NCBI RefSeq assembly: GCF_024502345.1
Contig: NZ_JALDNN010000001.1
From: Escherichia coli
GTDB lineage: Bacteria > Pseudomonadota > Gammaproteobacteria > Enterobacterales > Enterobacteriaceae
Length of the DNA: 64,000 nucleotides
Strand: one strand, 5' to 3'
Positions 28,384 through 39,313 of the stretch are shown here, in pieces. The notes under the pieces were generated by a model. The model was not told the origin of the DNA and did no database searches. It saw only the letters and a program-made list of their open reading frames with translations. The first letter of the stretch is position 1, and every line of letters begins with the position of its first letter. The position numbers and the translations under genes were made by a program.

Positions 28384-28560
28384 AGAGAAACAATGGAAGT
28401 ACCTGTATTATTACCAAAAGAACCAGCGGTTCTTTTGCGAAGAATATGTAGAGGACAAGAAACAGAACACCAATTAACGGTCCTAAAACCGCAAAATAAA
28501 GTCCGTGATGTATTACCCGACGTGAAACAGACATATCAAACTCCCTTTACTTACCTTTGA
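28384..28560 (+). pseudogene. Truncated 3' gene remnant abutting IS1 (by synteny the 3' end of cbrB); contains a 56-codon ATG-initiated ORF at 28393-28560
   Basis: Open frame from the IS1 boundary to TGA at 28558-28560, convergent with yieH 40 bp away; ATG at 28393 (MEVPVLLPKEPAVLLRRICRGQETEHQ...). Confidence 0.3.
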
Positions 28561-28600
28561 GCGCCAATTTAAGCGGGGTAAGTGAAGGGAGTGTGAAGAA

Positions 28601-29266
28601 CTATGCCGTAATATCCCAACCACGCGCTTTCCACAGTTCCGGTAACTGCGAAAGATGGGTAAAGGTGGTGACTTTCGGGTGAACGATCGGCTTATTGTGC
28701 GGGTCGGCGCAGAAGTAGAACACTTCCATACCTGCGTCGATACCAGATTGCGCACCGGCAACTGAGTCATCAACCAGAATGCAGTTTTCTACATTTACAT
28801 TCATCGCTTTTGCCGCATGGAACATTAACGCCGGGTCTGGCTTCCAGCGCTGAATATCGTAGCCGCTGAACAGTTTATCCGGGAAGTAGTGCAACATATT
28901 CAGCTTGCCCATAGAATGCTGCATTTTGTTATTTGGGCCGTTAGATACCACACACATTGGCGCAGTGATCGCTGACAGGAGCGCTCCAGCCCCTTCGATG
29001 GCTTCCAGTTCTGAATCGAACAGCCGAGCGACTTCTGCACGGTAAACGTGTTCAGCTTCTGTTTTCGCTAACGTAACACCATGTTCAAGGGAAACAATAT
29101 CGATAATTTCGTACAGTTTTACACCTTTGAAACGTTTGAATACCTCTTCAGGATCGAGCGTAATACCAAATTCCTGAAACATCGTTACATATGCGCGGGA
29201 GCAAATGACTTCACTGTCGACCAGCGTACCGTCGCAGTCGAAAAATACCGCTTCTATCCGGGACAT
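28601..29266 (-). CDS. yieH: HAD-family sugar phosphatase YieH
   Basis: 221-aa ORF with the HAD motif FDCDGTLVDSE. Confidence 0.9.
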   Translation of the reverse strand: MSRIEAVFFDCDGTLVDSEVICSRAYVTMFQEFGITLDPEEVFKRFKGVKLYEIIDIVSLEHGVTLAKTEAEHVYRAEVARLFDSELEAIEGAGALLSAITAPMCVVSNGPNNKMQHSMGKLNMLHYFPDKLFSGYDIQRWKPDPALMFHAAKAMNVNVENCILVDDSVAGAQSGIDAGMEVFYFCADPHNKPIVHPKVTTFTHLSQLPELWKARGWDITA

Positions 29267-29430
29267 GCCTTTCCTTTTTAATCAGTTTAACGTTTTCGTA
29301 GAGCCGATTTGCGCAACGCAATCGTTGCCGTATAAGTAAATCCAATAAAAAAGTCTCTCACAAACGCGCCTATTGTCGCATTTTGGTATACGATAGCGAC
29401 GGATTTTCCCTCCTTGTTCGGAAATAGATA

Positions 29431-30768
29431 ATGAGTCATCAACATACCACCCAGACTTCTGGTCAGGGGATGCTGGAACGCGTTTTTAAACTGCGCGAAC
29501 ATGGTACTACGGCACGAACTGAAGTGATTGCCGGGTTCACCACCTTCCTGACGATGGTCTACATCGTATTTGTTAACCCACAAATTCTGGGCGTTGCTGG
29601 CATGGACACCAGTGCCGTCTTCGTAACAACCTGTCTGATTGCTGCTTTCGGTAGCATTATGATGGGATTGTTTGCAAACCTTCCGGTGGCGCTGGCTCCT
29701 GCGATGGGGCTTAACGCCTTTTTCGCTTTTGTGGTTGTCCAGGCAATGGGGCTGCCGTGGCAGATCGGTATGGGCGCAATCTTCTGGGGCGCTGTCGGAC
29801 TGCTTCTTTTGACCATTTTCCGCGTTCGTTACTGGATGATTGCTAACATTCCGGTAAGTCTGCGTGTGGGTATTACCAGCGGTATCGGCCTGTTTATCGG
29901 CATGATGGGGCTGAAAAACGCAGGTGTGATTGTCGCTAACTCGGAAACGCTGGTGAGCATCGGTAATCTGACTTCTCACAGCGTACTTCTGGGTATCCTC
30001 GGCTTCTTCATCATTGCTATTCTGGCCTCGCGCAACATTCACGCAGCGGTGCTGGTTTCTATCGTGGTGACGACGCTGCTGGGCTGGATGCTGGGTGATG
30101 TGCACTACAATGGCATCGTTTCTGCGCCGCCGAGCGTAATGACAGTTGTGGGTCATGTAGATTTAGCCGGGTCGTTTAACCTCGGGCTGGCAGGGGTGAT
30201 TTTCTCTTTCATGTTGGTCAACTTGTTTGACTCCTCCGGTACGCTGATTGGCGTGACCGATAAAGCAGGTCTGGCGGATGAGAAGGGGAAATTCCCGCGC
30301 ATGAAGCAGGCGCTGTATGTCGACAGTATCTCTTCCGTGACCGGTTCGTTTATCGGTACTTCTTCCGTTACGGCTTATATTGAGTCCTCTTCCGGCGTAT
30401 CGGTTGGCGGTCGTACCGGTCTGACGGCAGTGGTTGTTGGTCTGCTGTTCCTGCTGGTTATCTTTCTGTCGCCGCTGGCGGGAATGGTGCCAGGCTACGC
30501 TGCAGCTGGCGCGTTGATCTACGTTGGCGTGTTGATGACCTCAAGTCTTGCTCGCGTGAACTGGCAGGATCTTACTGAATCTGTTCCGGCGTTTATTACC
30601 GCCGTGATGATGCCGTTCAGCTTCTCGATTACCGAAGGTATCGCGCTGGGCTTTATCTCCTACTGCGTGATGAAAATCGGTACCGGACGTCTGCGTGATC
30701 TAAGCCCGTGCGTAATCATCGTTGCGCTGCTGTTTATCCTGAAGATTGTCTTTATCGACGCTCACTAA
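29431..30768 (+). CDS. adeP: Adenine permease (NCS2 / AzgA family)
   Basis: 445-aa polytopic membrane ORF in the yieG position. Confidence 0.9.
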   Translation: MSHQHTTQTSGQGMLERVFKLREHGTTARTEVIAGFTTFLTMVYIVFVNPQILGVAGMDTSAVFVTTCLIAAFGSIMMGLFANLPVALAPAMGLNAFFAFVVVQAMGLPWQIGMGAIFWGAVGLLLLTIFRVRYWMIANIPVSLRVGITSGIGLFIGMMGLKNAGVIVANSETLVSIGNLTSHSVLLGILGFFIIAILASRNIHAAVLVSIVVTTLLGWMLGDVHYNGIVSAPPSVMTVVGHVDLAGSFNLGLAGVIFSFMLVNLFDSSGTLIGVTDKAGLADEKGKFPRMKQALYVDSISSVTGSFIGTSSVTAYIESSSGVSVGGRTGLTAVVVGLLFLLVIFLSPLAGMVPGYAAAGALIYVGVLMTSSLARVNWQDLTESVPAFITAVMMPFSFSITEGIALGFISYCVMKIGTGRLRDLSPCVIIVALLFILKIVFIDAH

Positions 30769-30821
30769 AATCGATAGCGCGTTAAAAACCCGCCATGCAT
30801 GATTGCTGGCGGGTTTTTTAT

Positions 30822-31388
30822 TTAGATCTTAACTCGCTGAATAAACTCACCAAATGCGGTCAATTGCCCGGTCAGGTGGTCCAGCGTACCCTGATCAATC
30901 ACTTCTCCGGTTTGCGGATCAACTTTGTTCTGAATCACGCCGCCCATAAATTCCGGCTTGTTCATCACCATTGCATCGAGGAAAACCAGAATCTGGCGCA
31001 GGTGATACTGACAGCGCGCGCCGCCAATCACGCCCATTGAGCTGGTCTGAATCAACACCGGTTTACCGGCCAGCGGTTGATCCGGCAGGCGGGAAAGCCA
31101 GTCGATGGCATTTTTCAGCCCACCCGGTACCGAGTAGTTATATTCCGGCGTGACGATCACCACACCGTCAGCCTGACGGATCTGTTCCGCCAGAGCTTCA
31201 ACCGTTGCAGGAAAACCTTCTTCCTGCTGTACGTCAGCGTCATACAAGGGAATGTCGGCAATGGAAGGTAACGCATTGACTTCCATGCTCGCCGGAGCAA
31301 TTTTCGGCAGGGTACGTGCAACCATGCCATTAAATGAGCCTTTGCGCAGGCTCCCCAGTAACGTAACCACCTGCAATTTTTCAGACAT
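30822..31388 (-). CDS. chrR: NAD(P)H-dependent FMN reductase / quinone-chromate reductase ChrR (YieF)
   Basis: 188-aa ORF MSEKLQVVTLLGSLRKGSFN..., flavodoxin-like fold. Confidence 0.9.
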   Translation of the reverse strand: MSEKLQVVTLLGSLRKGSFNGMVARTLPKIAPASMEVNALPSIADIPLYDADVQQEEGFPATVEALAEQIRQADGVVIVTPEYNYSVPGGLKNAIDWLSRLPDQPLAGKPVLIQTSSMGVIGGARCQYHLRQILVFLDAMVMNKPEFMGGVIQNKVDPQTGEVIDQGTLDHLTGQLTAFGEFIQRVKI

Positions 31389-31409
31389 AATGACTCCTGT
31401 GGTTGTCTA

Positions 31410-32171
31410 TCAATTTGGCGAAAAAGACTTCACGGTAGAGAGCTGGGCAAAACGCATCATCCGGCTGGTAGGATTGTTGGCGCGGCTGTGAATATCCGGC
31501 AGGCTTTTCCAGCTGTGTTTGCCATCTAACTCCCAGACACTGAGCTTTTCAATCGCGGGCGTGACCGCCACGGACCACACCAGCACGTCCTCCGCGTCGC
31601 ATAACGCTTCTACATGATTTACATGAGCACATTTCAGGCGTCCGGCAATGGGCAGCAGCTGCAGATCGCGCGGATCGTCATTCAAAACATCACCGGTTAG
31701 TTTTAGCACGCTTCGGCGCAGCGTGATGAGCTGCGCCCGCGCTTCGTTAGGATCGTTTTGTTTACTGATCCATAGCGATTCATTGCTGGAAAAGGTGTGG
31801 TTATCGGGCGCGTGTGGGCTATGAAACCCGCGCGTCGCACGCTGTAGTTCCATATCGAGGCCACATTCACCTTCGGTTGTTAACGCCACGCCAACCATAT
31901 TCCCGGCATAGGAAATAGAAAACGAAGGCAAATTTTTATCACTGAAAACCGGTTTACCTTTCGGCAGGGTGACGATTTCCGGCAATTCGCCAATGCCATA
32001 CAGCATGAACATCAGTTCTGCGAGTAAACCTCTGGACGCCAGAAAACGGCTTTGACGATGAGGGGGAATGTTTCGGGCTTCTTGATGACACTGGGAGGGG
32101 AGACGAACAGAAATCAGATGTCCTTCCGTTAAAATCCCTCGGGCAAAGTGAGTCGCCATTTTTCGCTCCAT
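31410..32171 (-). CDS. yieE: Putative 4'-phosphopantetheinyl transferase YieE
   Basis: 253-aa ORF at the position yieE occupies in this conserved gene order; the true start may be the internal Met of MERKMATHF... Confidence 0.8.
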   Translation of the reverse strand: MERKMATHFARGILTEGHLISVRLPSQCHQEARNIPPHRQSRFLASRGLLAELMFMLYGIGELPEIVTLPKGKPVFSDKNLPSFSISYAGNMVGVALTTEGECGLDMELQRATRGFHSPHAPDNHTFSSNESLWISKQNDPNEARAQLITLRRSVLKLTGDVLNDDPRDLQLLPIAGRLKCAHVNHVEALCDAEDVLVWSVAVTPAIEKLSVWELDGKHSWKSLPDIHSRANNPTSRMMRFAQLSTVKSFSPN

Positions 32172-32315
32172 GCTTAATGGTCCATTATGAATACAAGAGT
32201 AATCATTTACTGGAATGATGGACAGACTAAAGCGGCTAAAAGTTCGATTCAGACAAGCTTATTACAACTTTTTTACATTTTATTGTGAAATTGGGTCGCG
32301 TTTCATACGATTCGG

Positions 32316-33275
32316 TTATGCCATCGACGCGTAAAGGTTTTTAATGGTTTCCCGTAACCAGACGATCTTCGGATTATGGCTGTTCCGTTTATGCCACAGC
32401 AGGGTAAAAGGAACTTCCAGCTTTTTTTGCTGGCTTTCGTCAAACGGGAGAGGAAGAGCAACCAACGGCAGTTGATGGAGTTGATTGTAGTACTGACAGT
32501 AGCGCGGCGCGGTCGCCAGTAGCAGATTGTCGGGTTGCGCTGCCATAAACAGTGACTGCTCGAATTCCGGCAGGCTCATAGCAATCGTGCGTTCGCGCCC
32601 CAGCTCCTGTAACACATTGTCCAGCGCCCAGGTGTCGCTCTGTTCCCAGCAAATGCTGATATGCGGATAACGTAAAAAGGTGTCCAGATTCCACGTTTCA
32701 TGCAGTGCCGGATGATCTTTGCGTAACCAGACGCAGGGCACATCACTAAACAACACTTCATAATCAATGGCTAACGGTAGCGAGCTTAATAGCTCCCGCG
32801 AGCGAGGATGACTTTCGCGACCGGAAAAACCAATATCCACTTCACCACGAGTAATGGCATCTAAGGAATCGTAATCCCAGTTACGTAATTTGATGGTCGC
32901 CTGGGGGTAACGTTGGTAGATCCGTTTCGACAGCGCATTAAGCATGATCATCATCAGCGGTGATTCCGCCGCCAGTTCAAACTTCAGGCCGCGCGGTGTC
33001 TGGTGGTGCGGTTTATCCAGCAGCAGGTTGCTCATTTGCATCCATTCCGCCAGATTTTGCTCCATGCTGACCATTAGCGGTGTGGGCGACAGACCCAGCG
33101 GTGAGTTCACAAAGAGCGGGTCGTCAAACCACGCTCTTAACTTTGCCAGCGACTTACTCACCGCCGAAGGGGTCACGTTCATCCGCTTCGCCGCTTTGGT
33201 CACGCTGCGCTCCTGCATCAGCAGTTGCAGACAGAGCAGCAGATTGAGATCAAGCGTGGTGATGGATTTCTTCAT
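32316..33275 (-). CDS. yidZ: LysR-family transcriptional regulator YidZ
   Basis: 319-aa ORF with an N-terminal LysR-type HTH; its 5' end overlaps the mdtL 3' end. Confidence 0.9.
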
Positions 33276-34425
33276 GAGCGGCAGCGGGGCGTCCAGGCGC
33301 GACGAACATAATCAGCAACAGGCTCACTATGCTACAGGCAATCAGAATCCCGATCAGCATATTCCATGCGCCGATACCAACCACCGCCGCCAGCCAAATC
33401 CACAGTGACGAACCGCAAACCTGCGCAATACCTAAGGTCGAGCTGGCTACGCCCGCGCGTAATGAAAACGGGCCTAACGCCTGACTCATCGCCACACCAA
33501 AACCAACCGAGAAACCGGCGCAAATCAGCGTGATACCAAACAGAGAAACCGCATGGGAAGGTGAAACGGTAAGAGTGATGCCCGCCGCCAGGAATAACAC
33601 CTGTGAGGTGATCATCAACGTACGTGGCTTAAAAATTCCCAGCGCAAATGGCGTGGAAAATGAAACGGTCATGCTGACGCCAGCGGTCAACGCCATAATG
33701 GTGGCGTATTCTCCGCGCTCAAAACCCATGATTTCCATCAGCAATACCGGCGACGTGTTGACGAAGGTGAGGATCACCGAAACGCTGAGGGTGGTGATAA
33801 CAACACGGCTGAGGAAAAACCGATTAAGCAGCGACTCGCTATTTTCTCGTGATTTGTCCGAAGCTGCGGGGGCGGCAGGGCGCGTTTCTTTTAAAATAAA
33901 CAAAGACAACATCAGTACCGCGATGCCCATTATTGCCATCGTCCAGAACAGACTCTGCCACGGGAATTTAAGCATAATCAGATGACCGAGCACCGGCGCT
34001 AACACCGGAATGATGCAGGTAATGCCGTTGAGTAACGACAGCACTTTTGCCCGACGTCGATCATCCAGCGTGTCGCGCAAAATGGCGAATGCCACCACGT
34101 AACAACAGCCCGCGCCCAACCCCTGTAGAAAGCGCCCTGCAAGAAATAACGTGCTGGTTTCAGCCAGTGAACAGAACACCGAGGCGATAATAAATAGCGC
34201 CGCGCCTGGTATGGCGACAGGCTTTCTCCCTGAACGATCGGCCACTTTACCGGCAAATAACATCGCAGCTGCCATACCTGCCAGATAAACGGAGAACGCA
34301 ATATGTAACTGCGCTTCGCTGGCATTGAGATCGGCGGCGATGCGCGGTAAACCAACGAGGTACATATCAATCCCAGCGGGATAAAGTAAAACCAGGGCAA
34401 AACTACAAATCAAAAAGCGGGACAT
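33250..34425 (-). CDS. mdtL: MFS multidrug efflux transporter MdtL
   Basis: 391-aa 12-TM ORF. Confidence 0.92.
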
Positions 34426-34556
34426 GGGCTAAAGCGTCCTGATAGTAAGGTGACGCAAAGCATACGTGGTGAAGGAGGATCAGGCGAGTTGCCATTTGGA
34501 CATAAGTGATTTCCTGAGAGGCAAGAAGCCAGCGAATGACTGGCTTCTTGAAGGAT

Positions 34557-35804
34557 TTAGCCAAATTTAGGTAACACGTTAAAGACGTTGCCGAACCAGC
34601 ACAAAATTACGGTTATACCAAAGAGAATGACAATCGCCGGAATAAGATTGCCGCCCCAGACCGTGAACATCTGATTGGGAAACTTTTTGCGAGCTTTGAT
34701 TGCCAGCACCGCGGGGATAATGACCGCCCAGATGGTGGCGCACAGTCCGGCACCGCCGATCCCGTAAATAAAGCCGTTCGGGAAGATCAGATACAACAAC
34801 GCGGGTGGCAGGAAGGTTAACAGCACGGTTTTGAAACGCCCGCCGTGGGAGTTATCAATCTTAAACAGATCCGCCAGATAATCGAACAATCCCAGCGTGA
34901 CACCAAAGAACGAACTGGCAACAGCTAAGTTGGAGAACACCAGCAGGCAAAACTCGATAATGCCGTGCTGTTTGGTGCCGAGGAACGATTTCACCAGTGA
35001 ATCAACGTTGCCGCCTGAGGAGATAATCGCCTTAAAGCTTTCTCGCGGAATATTCCCCATGGTGCAATAGAGCCAGAAGAGATAAATCACCAGCGCCAGC
35101 AGCGAACCAAATACCACGCTTTTGATTAACTTATCTTTGCGTTTTCCATAGCAAATAATCAGGCTGGGAATATTGCCGTGGAAACCAAATGACGCCAGAC
35201 ACACCGGCAAAGCCATAAAGATATACGGGAAGTAAGACGTTCCCGCAGTGGTGCTGGTGGCATCGCGCAGGATGGAGTAATCGACCTGGAAGAAGAAAGA
35301 ACCAAACACGATCACAAAGGAGATAATCTTCAGCCCGAGGAACAATGAGGTAATGCGACTGGCGGCTAACGAACTTATCCACAATACGCTGGCAACGAAA
35401 ATGGCTGTGCAGATCCCGACAATACGTGGATTAGCGTGATAGCCCAAATTCATTGATATCGTTTCACTAATGATCGCACCATTAGCAGAGATATAGGCAT
35501 AAGTGAGGATATAGAGAACGAAGGCAACGGTAATACCGCTGATAATGTTCCAGGTGTTACCGATTAAATCTTTGGTGATGGTGTTAAAACTGGAGCCGAC
35601 AGGATAATTTAAATTTGCTTCTAATAACAATAACCCGGAATGAAGCATTGAAAACCAGGCAATGATAAGGATAAAGGCACCCCAGAAAAACCAGGCACCG
35701 GCAAGATCAACAGGTAAAGCAAACATACCTCCACCAATTACTGTACCTGCTATAACCATAACACCCCAAAATGCAGAGTGCTTTTTTTCAGCTTGATCAG
35801 TCAT
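34557..35804 (-). CDS. tnaB: Low-affinity tryptophan permease TnaB
   Basis: 415-aa membrane ORF downstream of tnaA. Confidence 0.95.
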   Translation of the reverse strand: MTDQAEKKHSAFWGVMVIAGTVIGGGMFALPVDLAGAWFFWGAFILIIAWFSMLHSGLLLLEANLNYPVGSSFNTITKDLIGNTWNIISGITVAFVLYILTYAYISANGAIISETISMNLGYHANPRIVGICTAIFVASVLWISSLAASRITSLFLGLKIISFVIVFGSFFFQVDYSILRDATSTTAGTSYFPYIFMALPVCLASFGFHGNIPSLIICYGKRKDKLIKSVVFGSLLALVIYLFWLYCTMGNIPRESFKAIISSGGNVDSLVKSFLGTKQHGIIEFCLLVFSNLAVASSFFGVTLGLFDYLADLFKIDNSHGGRFKTVLLTFLPPALLYLIFPNGFIYGIGGAGLCATIWAVIIPAVLAIKARKKFPNQMFTVWGGNLIPAIVILFGITVILCWFGNVFNVLPKFG

Positions 35805-35894
35805 GATGCCACCTTTAGAGGAAGGCTATTTTTGTTATTGAGGATGTAGGGTAAGAGAGTGGCTAACATCCTTATAGCCACTCTGTAGTATTAA

Positions 35895-37310
35895 TTAAAC
35901 TTCTTTCAGTTTTGCGGTGAAGTGACGCAATACTTTTGGTTCGTAGGTAAAGGTTAATCCTTTAATATTCGCCGCGTTCTCTTTCACATGTTTAAAGGCT
36001 TCAATAATGAAGTCCATATGTGTTTGAGTATATGTTGCGCGCGGAATGGTTAAACGCAGCAGTTCAGCCGGGCATGGCAGTTGTTTACCGGTTTTCGGAT
36101 CGCGGCCTAACAGGAAAGAGCCAATTTCTACCGCACGGATACCGGCGACTTTATACAGCTCGCACGCCAGCGCCTGTGCCGGGAACTGGTCTGCCGGGAT
36201 ATGCGGCAGCAGTTTACCGGCATCAACGAATGCCGCGTGACCGCCCGCCTGCTGGCAGACAACGCCAATCTCTTCCAGACCATCGACCAGATACTGTACC
36301 TGCGCGATACGATAAGCCAGCCAGTCGAGATTCATGCCGTCATACAGACCTACCGCCAGACGCTCCATCGCGCCGCCTTCCAGGCCGCCATATGTCGGGA
36401 AGCCTTCCTGCACCACGCAAAGGGTTCTGCACTCGGTGTACACATCAAAGAAGCTGTCGTCTTTCATGCACAGCAAGCCGCCCATCGGCACCATCGCATC
36501 TTTCTTGGCGGACATCGCCAGCATATCGGCATATTTGTAGGTTTCGCGGGTGATCTGCTCGATGGTCCAGTCTTTGTATTCTGCTTCACGCTGCTTGATG
36601 AAATAGGCGTTTTCAGCAAAGCGTGCGGAGTCCATTACCACCGGAATATCGTATTTCTTCGCGATGCTGTACATAGCTTTTAAGTTTGCCAGTGAAACCG
36701 GCTGACCACCTGCAGAGTTACTGGTGATGGTTGCAACGATATACGGCACGTTATTCGGGCCAACTTCTTCAATACCGCGTTCTAATCCTTCGAGGTCAAA
36801 GTTGCCTTTAAAGTCGTAACGCACGCCCGTATCGAAGGCTTCTTTGATATAGACGTTACGCACGGTACAGCCGTTAATCTGGCTATGGCCCTGCGTGGTA
36901 TCAAAGAAATAGTTAGAGAATGCCACCATTTTGCTGCGATCCAGGCCTTTTTCCTGCTCGCGTTTTTTAATCAGTACCGGAATATAGATTTGCTCTGCGC
37001 CACGGCCCTGGTGAGTCGGAATAGTATATTGATAACCAAAGATATTTTTCACTGACTCGGCTAACGCATAGTAGCTGCGGCTGCCGCTGTAGGCTTCGTC
37101 GCCGCGCATCATCGCTGCCTGCATACTTTGGGTTACCGCCCCGGTGCCGCTGTCGGTCAGTAAATCGATAAACACATCTTCGCTATCCAGCAGGAACGGG
37201 TTCATACCGGATTTAATAATTGCTTCTTCACGATAAGCGCGAGTAGTACGTTTTACTGGCTCAATAACACGAATGCGGAACGGTTCAGGGAGATGTTTAA
37301 AGTTTTCCAT
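35895..37310 (-). CDS. tnaA: Tryptophanase (tryptophan indole-lyase) TnaA
   Basis: ORF 35895-37325; the conserved TnaA N-terminus [18 protein letters not shown] begins at the internal Met, so the start is set to 37310. Confidence 0.96.
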
Positions 37311-37530
37311 TACATAATCCTTCATTTATTTTAATTACAGTGATCCCTGTGAATATTACATCTGCAATATCCATTAATTCGCCATGTATATATACAAGCA
37401 CCATCATTTACTAAAATAAGTAAATAAACGAGAGATGGCCTTTGCAAAAGGCAAAATTAAGATATAGCAAACTAATCGTTCACATTGAATCTAATCGGTT
37501 TGGCTCTGGTGATGGCTACAGAAGGGTAAA

Positions 37531-37605
37531 TTAAGGGCGGTGATCGACAATCTTATTGTCGATATTGAACCATTTTGAGGTCACACATATATGTAAGATA
37601 TTCAT
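37531..37605 (-). CDS. tnaC: tna operon leader peptide TnaC (24 aa)
   Basis: Minus-strand ATGAATATCTTACATATATGTGTGACCTCAAAATGGTTCAATATCGACAATAAGATTGTCGATCACCGCCCTTAA encodes MNILHICVTSKWFNIDNKIVDHRP; it lies about 220 nt upstream of tnaA. Confidence 0.95.
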   Translation of the reverse strand: MNILHICVTSKWFNIDNKIVDHRP

Positions 37606-37677
37606 AATGCACTTATCCTCGAAAGACACGAGGCTACAGTATAATACTCAAGAATTTTGTCTATTCTAAAATTGTTT

Positions 37678-37699
37678 AAATGTGAATCGAATCACAATC
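37678..37699 (-). promoter_or_regulatory. CRP binding site of the tna promoter
   Basis: TGTGAatcgaaTCACA palindrome about 75 bp upstream of the tnaC start. Confidence 0.6.
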
Positions 37700-37807
37700 G
37701 TTCGGGGAGCAATATTAAATGCTTTTTTTTAAGATTATAAATTACGTAAGAATTTTAATGTTTAAAAAAAGGGTTGAGGAATAACAGGAGTGCTAACAAT
37801 GAAGCGA

Positions 37808-37840
37808 AGCCGCATCTGACAGTCAGAATACGGCTTCGTA
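37808..37840 (-). other. Inverted repeat downstream of mnmE (possible terminator hairpin, no clear U-tract)
   Basis: GAAGCCG...CGGCTTC symmetric element just 3' of the mnmE stop. Confidence 0.3.
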
Positions 37841-37847
37841 AGCGCGG

Positions 37848-39212
37848 TTACTTACCAATACAGAAGCTGGAGAAAATCCGCCCCAGCAGGTCGTCAGAGG
37901 TAAATTCCCCGGTGATTTCGCTTAAGTTCTGCTGCGCCAGGCGCAACTCTTCCGCCAGTAGTTCGCCTGCCCAGGCACCTAACAGTTGCGCTTTACCTTG
38001 CTGCAAATGCTCCGCTGCCTGTTCCAGCGCCTGTAGGTGGCGACGGCGCGCCAGGAAGCCGCCTTCCATGTTGGTGTCAAAGCCCATGCTCTGTTTGAGA
38101 TGGTTACGCAGCACGTCCACGCCTTCGCCAGTCCTTGCAGACAGACGAATCAACGCATGACCGTTCACTTCACTCATTCCCAGCGTTTCGCCGGTGATAT
38201 CGGCTTTATTGCGCACCACGGTGATCGGCAGTTTCGCGGGCAGACGGGCGATAAATTCCGGCCAGATCTCTGCCGGATCAACGGCGTCTGTCGTGGTGCC
38301 ATCGACCATAAACAGCACGCGGTCGGCCTGTTCAATTTCCTGCCACGCGCGCTCGATCCCAATACGTTCAACTTCGTCACTGGCTTCACGTAGCCCGGCG
38401 GTATCGATGATATGCAGCGGCATTCCGTCAATATGGATATGCTCACGCAGCACGTCACGCGTGGTTCCGGCGATATCGGTTACGATTGCCGCTTCACGGC
38501 CCGCCAGCGCGTTTAACAGGCTCGATTTACCGGCATTAGGACGTCCGGCAATCACCACCTTCATCCCTTCGCGCAACAAACTACCCTGACGTGCTTCAGC
38601 ACGCACTGCATCGAGATCGGCAATCACGTCATTAAGCTGGGCTTCAATTTTGCCGTCGGAGAGGAAATCGATCTCTTCATCGGGGAAATCAATTGCCGCT
38701 TCAACGTAAATGCGCAAGTGGGTGAGGGCTTCTACCAGATGATTAACCCGTGCGGAGAATGCGCCTTGCAGCGAGTTAAGTGCCGAACGGGCTGCCTGTT
38801 CCGAACTGGCGTCGATAAGATCCGCAATCGCCTCAGCTTGGGCTAAGTCGAGTTTATCGTTAAGAAACGCGCGTTCGGAAAACTCACCAGGGCGAGCAAT
38901 CCGCAGGCCGGGAATGGTCAGAATGCGTTTTAACAGCAGGTCGAGGATCACCGGACCGCCATGACCTTGCAGTTCCAGCACATCTTCGCCGGTGAACGAG
39001 TTCGGGCCAGGGAACCATAGCGCAATCCCCTGATCGAGCACGCTGCCGTCGGCGTCTTTAAACGGAAGATAATCGGCGTAGCGCGGCTTAGGCAGTTTAC
39101 CCAGCACGGTTTCGGCAACTTCACGGGCTTTGAAGCCGGAGATGCGCAGGATGCCAACGCCGCCACGTCCCGGAGGCGTGGCCTGGGCTACGATAGTGTC
39201 ATTATCGCTCAT
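37848..39212 (-). CDS. mnmE: tRNA modification GTPase MnmE (TrmE)
   Basis: 454-aa ORF with G-domain motifs ([10 protein letters not shown]) and a C-terminal CIGK. Confidence 0.97.
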
Positions 39213-39313
39213 GATGTTCCTGTTGCTTTGTGTGGCGGATGCGCGGTATCCGCCCTACGAAAAGAAAAAAGGCGGTCAACTGACCGCCCTTATTTTAGCG
39301 AAAACTCACCGAA

